Shown here piece after piece: positions 22,432-35,178 of a DNA stretch of 64,000 bases. The position numbers and the translations under genes are program-made. Under the pieces are notes generated by a model. That model worked only from the letters and a program-made list of their open reading frames with translations, was not told the DNA's origin and searched no databases. Each line of letters opens with the position of its first letter. Position 1 is the stretch's first letter. The DNA is from Phoronis australis (taxonomy: Eukaryota > Animalia > Phoronida): positions 155,941 through 219,940 of the forward strand of contig NMRA01000005.1 of the NCBI GenBank assembly GCA_002633005.1. The letters run 5' to 3'.

Positions 22432-25251
22432 ATGACAACAATGTTCGCTCTACGTGACCTACTCATTATGGCGGTAATGGTTGGTGTCTGCAATTGCCTC
22501 TGTCCTCCGGGCTTACAATCACGTGATTGGACTTTGGACGACAGTCTGCTTAATGAAAAAGACCCGCCCAAATTGATCATGAAGTTTTGTCGAGTACGAG
22601 AAATAAAAAGAGCAACATTTAGCTCTTTTTTTCGAACAATTAATTTAGATATGGAAGGAAACGACATAATACGCCTACACGATGAATTGATGGTCACGAT
22701 GTCTTTTTTAACAAAATTGAGTCTGAAAAGTAATTCAATTGAGGTTCTTACAAACAGGACGTTTCACGGTCTTTTTAATTTGCAAATTCTCTATTTGGAT
22801 AGCAATCAGCTACGTGAACTTGAATTCGCTTTTCAAAGTTTGCCAGCGCTAAGAACCGTTATTCTATCGGACAACCAGGTATCGAAACTAAGAAAGGGGC
22901 TATTCGATTCTAACGTCAATTTGCGTACAATCAATCTATCTAATAATCGCATTTCTTTTATTGAAAGCAAAACGTTTGACTCATTGAGCGAGCTAATGAC
23001 ATTGGATTTGACTGGAAATTTATTGGCAGAAATTTGGTTAATAAAATATGCGCTGCCGACAGCTCCGGCTGTCAAATTTCTTGAACTTGGTGACAATAGA
23101 TTTCACGAGTTGTCTCCGCTTTCTTTGAAATCGGTCAAATTTCTGCGATTGAGTTTCTGCCGTCTTCGCAACTTAGATGTATGCTCACTGCATGCTATGG
23201 ATGAGCTTGTGTTTTTAGATATGAGCAACAACGACATTGAACAGATCGAAACGACTGGACCTAACTGCTTCGCCAACGTGACACTAAATACACTTTATAT
23301 CAGGAATAATAAGTTAGCCAAACTATCCTCAACTTTTCTTGGAAGCTTCAAAACAATCATGAACCTTGCTTTAGACGCTAACAACATCGGCGCCATTGAA
23401 CCACATGCATTTCAAAATAACAAAGCTCTAAAATATTTATCTATGGACTTAAATCAACTGAAGTCGCTGGATCTTGGAATGTTCGATGGGCTATCGGAAC
23501 TCAAATCGCTGTCGCTGAAAAGCAACAAGATCACAAACATAGAAAATAATACATTTTCAGGTTTGTCAAGATTGTCGAAATTGGACTTATTTGGAAATAA
23601 TCTCAGAGTCATTCACCCTGAGATGTTTACTGGTCTTCAGAATCTACAATCATTACATCTTGCCCAAAATCCTGTTGCGCATGTGGTCTCTGGTAATTTT
23701 TCAAGCTTTGCTATCGTCACTGATCACACTTTCACCCATACAGTTACCAGCTCTACCGAAGCAGTCTTTATATTTTGTAACGATTTCAAACATCTTCAAC
23801 ACCTGGCTTTCATCAGTACCAACCTGGACCTCAACTTCGCCAGTCCTTGTGGGAATTCATTAAGGAAATTGCGAATTGAGAATTGTACTCTGACAATTGG
23901 AGGGAGAAACCTTTCAATGTTTAAGGCTTTTGCCAAATTAAAAACACTTTCAATGCTGGACAGTCCATTAAAGCGTGTCCGCAACAACATGTTCAATGAA
24001 CTGACTGATCTCGAGCATCTAACTTTGAAAAGTAATGACTTGGTTATCATAGACGACCATGCATTTCAGGAATTGACACAACTGAAATTTCTCGTTTCTA
24101 CTGGAAACAAACTGAAATTAATCAACGACCACTTGCTCAAAAATCTCACCAAGCTTCGATACTTGAATTTTTCACACAACTTGATCGAATACATAACGTC
24201 ATCCGCCTTTACTTCGTTAAAGCAACTTTTGTCTTTGACTCTTTCTTCAAACAACATCGAGGTTCTGCACAATCAGTTATTTCATGGCCTATCGAAACTC
24301 AGGGCACTCGACGTATCCAAAAACAGCATTACACATTTTCCACAGGGTATTTTTGATCATCTCATGTCACTTGCTACTTTATACTTGTCACACAATAAAA
24401 TAAAGCATCTGGATACGAGGTTGTTTCACTCAGGACTCCCTTTACGCATTCTTCATCTCGGCAATAATAAACTAACACAAATCACAGAGTCTATCTTAGA
24501 CGATTTAAAATCTCTAACGATATTAGCTGTGAATGGCAATGGCCTTCAAACGATACCCAAACACATGCAAATGAAAATGTTTTCTCTTCAATTTCGTTCG
24601 CTTAATTTCTTCTTTGGACAAAACCCCCTTCACTGCAATTGTGATTTACTATTGTTCAGAAGCCTTTTGGAAATTACTCCATCTAATCGCTACCACGGCA
24701 CAGTAGGAATGAATGTGTTTCCAACGTGTTCAACACCAGTAGTAACTAACTACACTTTGCAGTCTATGATGGCCGCAGAGGCATTTGTTTGCAATCCACC
24801 AACTCTACCCATCATTGACATCGATGAAACCCCAACGCATTTAATTGTTAAATGTCAATCGACTGCAGATCCTCCTCCGACACTCACATTAATTTCACCA
24901 ACAGGAAATGAAACAGTTTTCAACCCTGACGGTCAGTTAAACTCGACAACGAAGACAAGCCTATTGACCATCTCTCGCCAAACCTTTAAAAGCGGCTCGT
25001 ACTGTTGTAAGGCGTCCAATCAATATGGGTTGCGAAAGGTATGCACAGACAAACAGTTGCTTAAACCGAAACGAGTGGAGACACAATCTCGCCCCAGTGA
25101 CGTACCGGAAGGTCAAACAACTACGTATGCGATTGGAGTTTCAGGGGCAGTGGTTTTTGCCATAGCCATGTCGGTTTTGTTTGGTTACTTGCTTAAAAGG
25201 CATCGCTGTTCATCTCCAGTGATCCACGGCATTGAAATGAATAACATATAA
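22432..25251 (+). CDS. Single-pass LRR + Ig domain (LIG-type) receptor, coding region in one exon
   Basis: Intact 939-aa ORF: hydrophobic N-terminal signal, >20 LxxLxLxxNxL repeats, LRRCT (NPLHCNCDL...CSTP...C), Ig domain (KCQSTADPPP...SGSYCCKASNQYG), TM (YAIGVSGAVVFAIAMSVLFGYLL), 18-aa tail. Polypyrimidine/CAG acceptor at ~22246 suggests a 5' UTR intron. Confidence 0.93.
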   Translation: MTTMFALRDLLIMAVMVGVCNCLCPPGLQSRDWTLDDSLLNEKDPPKLIMKFCRVREIKRATFSSFFRTINLDMEGNDIIRLHDELMVTMSFLTKLSLKSNSIEVLTNRTFHGLFNLQILYLDSNQLRELEFAFQSLPALRTVILSDNQVSKLRKGLFDSNVNLRTINLSNNRISFIESKTFDSLSELMTLDLTGNLLAEIWLIKYALPTAPAVKFLELGDNRFHELSPLSLKSVKFLRLSFCRLRNLDVCSLHAMDELVFLDMSNNDIEQIETTGPNCFANVTLNTLYIRNNKLAKLSSTFLGSFKTIMNLALDANNIGAIEPHAFQNNKALKYLSMDLNQLKSLDLGMFDGLSELKSLSLKSNKITNIENNTFSGLSRLSKLDLFGNNLRVIHPEMFTGLQNLQSLHLAQNPVAHVVSGNFSSFAIVTDHTFTHTVTSSTEAVFIFCNDFKHLQHLAFISTNLDLNFASPCGNSLRKLRIENCTLTIGGRNLSMFKAFAKLKTLSMLDSPLKRVRNNMFNELTDLEHLTLKSNDLVIIDDHAFQELTQLKFLVSTGNKLKLINDHLLKNLTKLRYLNFSHNLIEYITSSAFTSLKQLLSLTLSSNNIEVLHNQLFHGLSKLRALDVSKNSITHFPQGIFDHLMSLATLYLSHNKIKHLDTRLFHSGLPLRILHLGNNKLTQITESILDDLKSLTILAVNGNGLQTIPKHMQMKMFSLQFRSLNFFFGQNPLHCNCDLLLFRSLLEITPSNRYHGTVGMNVFPTCSTPVVTNYTLQSMMAAEAFVCNPPTLPIIDIDETPTHLIVKCQSTADPPPTLTLISPTGNETVFNPDGQLNSTTKTSLLTISRQTFKSGSYCCKASNQYGLRKVCTDKQLLKPKRVETQSRPSDVPEGQTTTYAIGVSGAVVFAIAMSVLFGYLLKRHRCSSPVIHGIEMNNI

Positions 25252-25374
25252 ACATGAATCATATTCCATAATCAGATGCGTCACACACACTTCAGTTCAG
25301 TGATAAATAGTGAGTCTGATGGCAACTGAGCGTATGTACGCCATAGGCCAGTGTGGAGTGAAAATTATCCAATA

Positions 25375-25984
25375 GGGCCGTCCCGGATAACACAGCGACA
25401 CTATAATCTCGCAATATTTACCCACAATGCCGAAAACATCTGTGAAGCACATTTACTGCCTCTTTTTCGTGTCACTGGAGTTTCACGTGCTATCTATTGT
25501 TGTCTGATTCTTAACAAGTTTTTATCGGTTGCATTACTCAACTTGTCCTTCCAATGTCAATGAAGTATTACTGCTATGCTATGGGCTGCAACTTCGACGT
25601 AAAAAAGTTTGATAAACTGGACAAATACCCATGAAGGCGTGATTTGAAATTCTTAGCCCTCCCACCATCAATGAGAAACACAAAAATGTGCCTGATTTCC
25701 AAAACTAGGTAATGCGCTTTCTTATATCCGGGACAAATGAGAGTTCTTTCGCGGTGTAAAGCGAAACGGCCCTATTCGCCGGTTCCACCGGGTCAAGCGG
25801 CTAAGACATCTGCTTAGTCTGTAAGCTGGAAGTAAGACGTCAGCGAGAACCAATCGGTGTCTTTGCCGGTTGACCCAGCGGTACCGGCGAAGTTAATCAA
25901 GTGTGCCCACTGTGTCTATGGGGATGCAAAGCAACATCTCCGGGACAAAGGAGAGATCTATCGCTGTGTAATCCGGAACGGCCC
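25375..25984. mobile_element. MITE with TA flanks and a small nested palindromic element
   Basis: TIR GGGCCGT(C/T)CCGGAT(A/T)ACACAGCGA; extra internal terminus at ~25749-25774; nested inverted repeat at ~25775-25891. Confidence 0.7.
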
Positions 25985-26261
25985 TATAGTGGGACATGAT
26001 TGATCACGAGCAAACACATTATTAGTGGTGTAATTTCATGTTCCGTTTGTAAAAAAGAAAATGATTCCTTATATTGCTAGATTGTATTCAATATCCTATT
26101 CTGAGTGATGATTTTAAACAAGCAAGAACTCGTTATAATATCATTGAACAAGTAACAGCCGGTAGCTGATTCCCGATCAGATTTTGAAAGGTTTGTCTTC
26201 AACGACGTATTTTTGGATCGAGAATGTGCGTAATGTTTGATTAATTATATAATAACATTAC

Positions 26262-27451
26262 TGTAACACATTTCACATTATGACGAAGTTTCTCAAACTA
26301 TATAGCCTTGAAAATTCTACCGAGTCACACACGTGACCGCGTGAAGTTTCTAGTACTATTTGGTTTGATCACATCAGCTATTGGTGAAATTATGGGTTTC
26401 AAAACCATGTGGCGCAGCCGTAGTATATTAAATCTTGTGTTCTTGGTTTTATTGTAATTTGTATGCTACATATAGATTTATTATACTCCTTGCTATTGTA
26501 ATAGCATTGTGGCTTTTAATGGAACTACAACTATCTTATATGGCACAATGGTTTATTACATAACTCTTGCCAAAGAGTTCTGCGAAATGTGACTTGTTTG
26601 CATCTGGTCTTGTGTATTGAAAAAACATGTTGTTGTGCAGTAGTTAGTCAGTCCGCAATAAAGTAGTGTTCGAGCAAAGACGTCTTCACCACTTCTCTCT
26701 CCACACGTCATTACATGGTGTCAGGAGTTAGACACTTTTACAACACGTTTGATTTGCTGCCGGAAAACAAATTTTCATTAGACACGATAATGGCACGTTT
26801 TGACAAACATTATGGCCACAAAATACCGCAAATTTCGCAGATAAGGTTTTTAGAACATAACCAGAAGGCCTGCACGTCACTTATGGCTTTTGTAATGGAT
26901 ATTAAGTATTGTGCTAGGGGATGTGACTAGGATGACAGAGGACACATTTATTTGTGACAGAATTGTAAATGGTGTCCGCAACAATCATATCAACTTAAAG
27001 CTACTAGACTTTTGGTTTGCAAGATTAATACTCAAGCTATGGCAACATGCTAAGATGATGAACTGCAGTGTGTAGAGCAGTTAATTCTGAATGGTTGGCC
27101 AGAACATAGGTCACAACTACCTCACATCGCATTACCTTATTAGGATTGCAGAGATCAATTGGCTACTTACAATGGTATTGTTTTCAGAGCACGTGTTCCG
27201 ACTACGCTCCGTCGGCCCAGGTGTGCTACACCAATTACATACGGGAATGACATGGACAAAACAAAGAGCTCGTGATATTATATTTTGGCCGGGAATGGAC
27301 GAACAAATTGAAGATATGATTAACATAGATGCTGCATGTTTGAAACATTGGAACTTCCAGCTAAAACAGCCGAAGAAATTGTTTGAGAAACCTGTTTTTC
27401 CATGGAAAAGGATTGCATGTGATTTGTTTGAATATGAAAACAGACACTACC
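26262..27451 (+). mobile_element. Gypsy LTR retrotransposon remnant (5' LTR, PBS, gag and integrase fragments)
   Basis: LTR TGTAA...TTACA at 26262-26715 with AATAAA at ~26657; PBS follows. Gag-like ..CDRIVNGVRN; integrase H2C2/core HTGMTWTKQRARDIIFWPGM...PWKRIACDLFEY. Large internal deletions. Confidence 0.85.
26716..26728 (+). promoter_or_regulatory. Primer-binding site (tRNA-Leu-like)
   Basis: TGGTGTCAGGAGT directly after the LTR-terminal CA; complementary to the 3' end of tRNA-Leu(CAG). Confidence 0.75.
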
Positions 27452-27987
27452 TGTTGGAGTGAAACAAAACAGGCTCGGGAGCTTTTCTCTGTTATTGTCA
27501 GCAGTATAAGTGACAGTAGCAGTAGTAGTAGTAGATAAACTGAAATGTAACAAAAACTATGTTCAAATTTACACGTTACATGATGCTATACCATGTAGAT
27601 AACATGCCAATTCCCCAGACAACGTCAAGAAAATGGCGTCGGCAAAGAATATGCATTAATAGCAAGCGTTCAAAACGTTAAATGCACTGGAAAAACAAGG
27701 GGAAACTGACGAATGTAAATAACTTAGTTTATATCAAGAATTACGAGTAGACCTACTTACGGCGATATCGCCCCAAGTTCAACCAAATTCCATTGAATAA
27801 ATGTATGACGTTTCTCTACCACAAACGTTTGTGGAATGGCATTTGAAAAAGGCGGTACGAGAATAAAGTCAGAGAAAGCGACACCTTGCGCAAGAACTAC
27901 ACAGTATCAAGTCTAATTACAAGGCGGGAAACAAGCGTATTCGTATGCTTAAGACAGAATAACGTAACATAGCAGTCAGCAGTAACA
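27452..27987 (-). mobile_element. Putative 3' LTR of the BEL/Pao element
   Basis: TGTT...AACA ends; begins exactly where the Gypsy integrase stops. No matching second LTR found. Confidence 0.4.
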
Positions 27988-28044
27988 CTTCATCCGGAAA
28001 GGAGCTAATCGGTGATTCACTTCAACAAACATCACTGCAGATGG

Positions 28045-31000
28045 TCATGACAAATAAGCAACAGAATAATCACATTTCCTAAGTGCCATTAGGAACGAGC
28101 AGAACCAATTTATTAACCGGGGATCAATCTTTGGAACACAACCACAGCCTTCTTCAGAGCCGTCGAGCAGTTTTGCGAAACTACCAGAAAACTCCGTCAC
28201 AGTAACTGCGTCCGCCTGAAGTGCGGCTCCGTTACAGGAATCATCCGGAGCAGGAAACTCAAGTGGTTGCGGAAACGAACTTTCCGGTGTGCAAAGAAAA
28301 GAAAGGTCCACGAACCATTCGTTGTAAGTGAGAAAGTTCTGAGCGCGCAGTCCACGAAATGCACATTCCGCCGGATTACTCTCACTTTTGACATAATTCC
28401 ACTGGGAGGGGTCGCTGAAGTCGTTTATTTGCTGTATACAGTAAGTATGGTACGTCACATTGCTGGGTGGCAGGTCCAATTCCTTGCATATACCATTCGT
28501 CCAATTTGAAGCAACACAGACAGCAGCTGCGGCCAACTCCAGCTTAGAAATAGTCATCCGTCTTAAAGGAGCCACTCTACTCTTCCCTAAATGAGACAGC
28601 AATGAGCATGGTTACTGGCATTAAAATATCTTAGATACTCACAACATCCATAACCACTGGTGCTTGCGTCAGAAAATACATGTAACTGACGTGGGACCAA
28701 AATCATCTGGGACGTAATGGCGGCGACAGGAAACTTCATCCATCCGGGCTAATTCACTCAGCTACTTCAACCACCGAGACTTGTGACGCTCTGGGATGTC
28801 GTAGTCCCACAGCACGTCATTCTCTTTGCATAAGTCTTGCAGGATTATCTTGGCCGGAAGTACAAACGGCGCCAAAACACCAAGAAGGCCATACACTGAT
28901 GCAATCATCGACAAGAGACATCTTCCAGTAGGCGATTTCGCTTCCACCGATATAGCAAACCCAGTCAGATCAGATGAAATCTTCCACTGAATGCCTAAAG
29001 CTCGCTCGTTGGGTAGGTCGTCGCAACCCAAATCTATAGTCTGTATCTCTCCTGAGCGTTCCTCGGCAGGAATAGAATTCAATACAGCATGGCTTTTACT
29101 ACTGAACTTTGTTAAACGAAAACCACCACTTGCACAAACGGAAAACAACTTCTTAGCCAACTAAACGGCGTCTTCGTCAATGGCTACAGCTTTTAGACAG
29201 TCGTCGACGTAAAAGTTCCTCTTTATGGTCGTAGCAACAGCGGGACAACAGTTCTCAGACGTCTTCCGAAGGGAATAATTGGCGGCACTCGTCTATGAAA
29301 AAGCCCCGAACAAAGGAAGTCATGCGGTAGTCTTCTGCAGCCATGTGTAGACTACCATTTGGCCACCACACAAATCTGAGATAGTCGCGTTGATACTCTG
29401 GCACACGCACCTGATAGAACACCTTTCCAATGTCCGCCATAAAGGCGACAGGACCGTCGCGGAACCGTAACAATACACCTACCAGAGAGTTAGTAAGGTC
29501 TGGCCCTTGAATTAGTTCATTATACAGTGAGATATTCTTATACAATAGCACACGAAGTTTCTTCTTGTGTGGATGTATAACACCATGGTGCGGCAAATAC
29601 CAGGCAGCACCATCGTCAAGCTGAACCTCGTGAGGAGGAACCTTTTCATCGTAACCCCGCGTGATCAGCATTTCGATAAAAGCCTTGTAGTCATCAGAAT
29701 AATTCTTGACACAGAGCATCTTTTCCTTTGAAAACTTGCTCATTTCACAGCATGGGGACGGTTGTTAGGCGTCACCATACTTTCAGTCCCGAAAGGCAGT
29801 GGCACCTAGAAATGACCGTCGTCTTGTTGAACCAACAGCTCAACAATATTCATAAAACGCTGATCGTCTCTGGAAGGTCAGCGTTCGTGAGGAACATTAC
29901 CCAAACAGCATCCTTTGAAACCAGACGCCAAGACATTCAAGAATTACCTTGGTTCCGGAAGCAGTTCTTCTTTGACAACTTCAGTAGCCTAAATACCATA
30001 ACACTCTTGGCGACGCGAGACTTGGTAATTCGAAGTGACGCTCACTGGGCCGTTAACCGTCCAACCATGATGTAACAGCATAGCTTACGGACCATCATCA
30101 CAGGCGGGGACAACCTTGAGTGATTGAAGGGCAGTAGCACAACTAGATTCGGTCAGCAGCCCAACACCGTGGTCTTAAAAATAAGGAGGAATTAGTGGAG
30201 CAATGTCACTAAGGTGACGTATACAAGACACGGCATCTGACCTAGGGACTCAAGAGTGACCAACAGGAATTTCGTCCCTTATGTAAGCTTTACGGATAAC
30301 AATAGCATTCTCACCATTGATGTTTGTAACCTCTAAGTCGCGAATGATAGATGACCTGATTAAACTGCTGCCGTGCATCCTTTGTAGCTCCAAGTTCACT
30401 TCTGAGGCGGAGGCGTTCAAATCATTCTTGAATACGTCTGTAAGGAAACAACCACTACTACCATTATCATAAACGACATATGTTAGAACAGAGTTGTTGT
30501 TCCCTAACTGCCGCACCCTCACTGGCAATATGGCATGGAATATGACCTTGCTTTCAGAATCGTTTAGATGATATATGCTATCGAGAAGTTTTTCTTCTAA
30601 TATCTTTCGTTGTGTGTTGGCATTGAACCCATCCACGTGTAAAGATGTAAGATGTATTTGCAAACAACTTTGCACTGGCGCTTTTGGAAGCACCCCTCTG
30701 ACACATGGCCACTCTGAAAACATGCTAAACATAACCTTTTTCAAACAAAGACTTCCGTCGCTCTTCGACTCTTAACTGAGGAAAGTTTGAAGTCGTCAAT
30801 GTCATGCATTTGAAGGCAATATATACAAATGCAGTCATTGTTGTTACAAGTCACTTCATCACTAGTTGTCGCAAGGTTAGCACTTCCTTGTTTCGACGGC
30901 TGCGGGTGGGATCCACCTGACTTCACACCAGTGACAAAACTGTTTTAGTCTTCGTTAACTCACTGGTTAGTTTGCATTTGTTCAACGCCTCCTTGCCAAA

Positions 31001-32560
31001 TGCTGGGCCGTTAGCCGCTTCGAAAGCTCCGACAACGAAGTGGCACCAATCGACAAACAAAGTGGTCTGTCCCCGAGCACGCATTTTGACGGCAGTTTCC
31101 GCCATCTGTTCTGCAACTACGTTGGTAACTTCTGGAGAATCGCTTGCAGATTTGGAGTATGGTCAAGTACGACAAGGTCTGGCACCATCTTTCTTGCTTC
31201 TTCACATTGTGCAAAGAAAGTAGCAAAACGCTTTAACTCTGTAGAGTCGGCTGGTTTTATCGTCGGCCAAGATGCTATACGATTAACATACCACATACCA
31301 ACTTTGTAGGGATTTCCGTATTCTTTCTCTAGCAGAGTACACGCTTGTTTGTAGCCTTCATCCTTGTCCATGTAGAGTCATCCAGTTATTAGCTATTTTG
31401 TATCAACGTCAAGAAATTGGTACAGATAGAACAACCGACCACTGGGATTGGCCGCCTATGAAGCAATCTGCGAATCGAAAGACACAACAAACGTACGGTA
31501 AGCTTTAGGGTCGCTTTAAAATCTGACAGACTTCAGTTGGAGTAGACGCATCGCTGACATCAGCTGGGAGCAGGGGATTTTTGCACATACATGAGGTGGG
31601 TTGGGCGTCGAACTACAGTGCTGGACGTAAGATGTAATGCCGTCACACTCAGCTGGCTCTACAAGTGAAACATGACCGGTAGAGACGGAAAAAGTCATCG
31701 AAGAGGGCTTCACCAACTTTAACGTTATTGAAAGCAAGGTCATAGAGTCTGCGTTTAAAACGTCCTCCCCAGCTTTAGCCTTTACAAGTTTCACGTTAAA
31801 TGCAGACATCATCTGATGTTTTTTCAATTCATGTTCACACTATATCTGTTCTTGTTTCAGCTTTTGTTCACACTTTAGCTGTTGTTGATGTTGTTTAAGT
31901 GCCTCTTCCTCTGCCAAGCTCTGCTCCATTAATGCTTTCTCAGCTTCCAAAGTAGCACTTTGAATATTTGCCTTCAGTATAGACAACTTGGAACTCCTCG
32001 TACTTGACTGGTAACTGGAAGATTTAGCAGATTTAAACATTGATATCTGAGACACGGATTCCATAACGTCCCGAGAGTAAATCTCAGTTTCTCCGATCCA
32101 CGACACCACACTCTATCTAAACAAATCAAAATCGTCCATCTTTGATGAGAATTTCGCTTTAAGCAACTGCTTACTACTGACATGTTTCAAAACTAATAAG
32201 TAGTGTTCATAAGCATCAACAAAAGACTTGATGTTACTGTCCAGGGCCCAGTTGCATAAAAGTTATACGCTGTATAGCAACAATGATGTCGCATTATCAC
32301 GCGGCACGTTGTTACTATTGAACAATGCACCTGTTGTCATGCAACAATCAAATTTATCCAGCGGATAACTTTGAAGTTTTATGCAATCCAGCCCTATTCT
32401 ATAAGAGCGTTTTATCACTATACGATGACTATCAGAGCTCTTCATTAAATGTTTAAGCTTGTTTGTAAGTTTAGTCACTAAGGCTTGTGTCTTAGCCTGG
32501 CGAGCCGTTGCTTGTTTACAGGAAGCTGTTGTCACTGTACTATAATGTCGCTTCCTGTTG
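28045..32560 (-). mobile_element. Degenerate BEL/Pao LTR retrotransposon gag-pol
   Basis: Coiled-coil and DUF1759-like gag (YKQACTLLEKEYGNP); protease-like YDNGSSGCF; RT WYLPHHGV...QGPDLTNSLVGVLLRFR...ADIGKVFYQV and NFYVDD; RNase H HVFSDAS, GKSRVAPL..TISKLEL, WNYVKSESNPA. Many stops and frameshifts; integrase largely missing. Confidence 0.92.
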
Positions 32561-34947
32561 GCGACTTGTTATTGATAGCTGGTCCCTCAGCAACTGACGT
32601 CATGATAACGTTATTTGAACACTGTAGGTCTACTGTAACTTCACAAGACACAATAGAAGTGACTCACAGTAGCACTCATACGTATGGAGTCTATTCTGTA
32701 GTGAACCTCCCCGAGCTGGCTTTACTGGTACTGAGAACTTACGTCAGCCAAGGAATTTTCCATGTTTTCTATCACTCCAAAGTTCTCAAAATTCAAACGT
32801 CTTTCTTCTATTGTAAACAATATATCTTTCTTCTACTGCAAGCAACACGCCTTTCTTCCACAGCAAACAATACGTCTTTCCTTTACTGCAAGCAACACGT
32901 CTTTCTTACACTGCAGCCAGCAGGGAAAGAGACAGAACTCGAGGTCCCCACGGACCACCAGAATAGCACAAGGAGGTCCTGAATGGCCAAAACAATAGAC
33001 CAATTAGCCACAAGAGGGGTTTAAGTAGCAACCAATTAGGCGATCATAACCAACATGACCTAACAGGTCAGAGGTCACATACCTGTCAGTCCCAGTGTTC
33101 ACGACACTCCTCTCTTCCCTAATTAAAGGACGAATTCCTGACAACCCAAATGCAAGCAAAAACAAAAACAAAAACAAAAAACCCAGACATTCTCCCCCCC
33201 CCAAAAAAAAACTCTGGTGATAACCAAAGTGAGCCCAGTCCTGTAAGGACTGCAAAATAAACAACCTTTCAAACCACATCAAAACACATCCCCAGAAACT
33301 CTGTCCTCCAATGACTAGAAACGCAATTAAAACGACCTATCTCTTCCCACAGCATCAAATACATCCTATTCCATAGTTTTTAATGCTAGGTCCTTAACTT
33401 AACGAACTTTTTCGCTGTCACTGTTAATAACAGGAACAAATAACAGTGAGTAAAAACGACCTGAGCAGAAACAACCCTACATAGGTTCACAAATTCAATA
33501 AACCCTTTTGCTGTTCCTAACAGGAACAAATACAGTTTTCCTAACTACTGGGGGCGAGGACGGGAATATGCCCGACAACAATCAGAGGCCAGGGTACGAA
33601 AATGTTCAAAATCCGGATCCCCCAAGCGACATTCAAAAGGCGGAGGGGCCCTCTCACTCTGGGCCACCTGGTCTAGGATATATAAAAAGGCTGTCCTCCC
33701 TGAAAACGATCTTGCAAGGATAACAAAAATGTCATACTCCGTCTGGCTAAGTCTTCTGTAGGCTCCAAACGGACGTCTGGGATATGGGCCAGGTAGGCAT
33801 GCATTTTAACAAAGTTGAATCGTGCCATACAACGAAGTCACTTCTGAAAAACCCTTCTCTTGCTACTAGACTCCGTGAAAGAGTGACTCTCCTTGTGAAT
33901 GCACTCCGGCAATTTGAATGATTTTTCATAATGGAACTTTTCTGCTTCCACCACGGTATCTTGAGAGTCCGCCTAAGGCTCCTCTAACTCCATGGCCTTA
34001 CAGACCCCCACCAGCTCCTTGGAAACAGCTTCCATAGGCTTCTGGGGAACAGCTTCCTTAGGCTCCTGGGGATCAACTAGAACAGTTTTTATGGCCAGTT
34101 GTTATTTTTTAGTTAGGAGTTTGATTTCTGCCAATCAGCTATGATTTGTAGCAGTACATTTGACCCATTCCTTGAAAATAAGGAATAATGTAACAAAACA
34201 AAACAGCAAGTGTTGCAAAAGTTACAAAGCATAGCCTTTTATTCAAAATGACGTGATTTCTAATAAACTTTAATGTAGGGTGCCTTTTATTTAAATACTA
34301 GAGCTAACCCATGAGGTGACCAGCAGTTTGGAAGCCGAGTGACGTGACGGAGACAAACAGTGCGCCCCCCGCCGTTCGACATCTCCTCGGTGCCCTGCTC
34401 GGTCGATAAGGGCTTCTTCGTGCACCCTCGGTCAGTAGCTGTGTGATCCGCCTCCCCACTCCCCGGTTAACAGTTGCCTGCCCCCTCAGTGGTCGACACC
34501 TGTTTGTCCCCCTTCCCCTCCTGTCGTTACCTAACGCTCCCCCTTCCGATATCTATTTGGCGCCCCTACCTCCGGTTTCCACTTGTTTGGTAACCCGTGC
34601 ACTCATCTTGGGCCTTCCCGGCCACCCTCCTTCTGCTGGCGCCTGGGAGCAGCTGCCCTTTACTCAACCCAACTTGCTACGCCACTGATCTTGTGCGAGT
34701 CGAGAAAATCTCATTAAGCTCATTGAACATACCAAGCAGGACCCAAAGCCCACCCCTCAAGCTGTAATGGGCTATTCCGTAAGGCAAGGGATCAACAGGC
34801 GAGATCTAACGTCAACTTGATAAAAAGCCCACAAAGTTTGCGGCTTCCTATATGGTGTAAACGGCGTTGCAAATACAATTGTTCACGACGGCACGTAGAT
34901 GCGCAGTCAGTTTTATGAAACTTAGTCGCACAAAGCAAAACACCCAG

Positions 34948-35178
34948 TAGCTAGCCAGCTAGCTGTATGAAGACTGTCGTCAAAATGCAGCTCGGTACCA
35001 CTGTGTTTCTTTCTTCCGTAGACCCCAAAATTGCACACAGCGAGGGTAGTTCTGCTCGCCACCTCGCCGTGAAACTTGGATCAACATGTAGAGCTAAAGA
35101 CCGGACGGGGTGCATGCAAAATCTAGGAATCAACCGACACCCCCCTTACCCGTTACAACCGTTTAAGTGAAAAACAAT
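34948..35178 (+). repeat. Second copy of the 15553-15798 dispersed repeat
   Basis: Colinear similarity over ~230 bp. Confidence 0.7.

Noticed and set aside
22432-25251. Toll-like receptor
   Set aside because: No TIR domain in frame or visible downstream, and an Ig domain is present.
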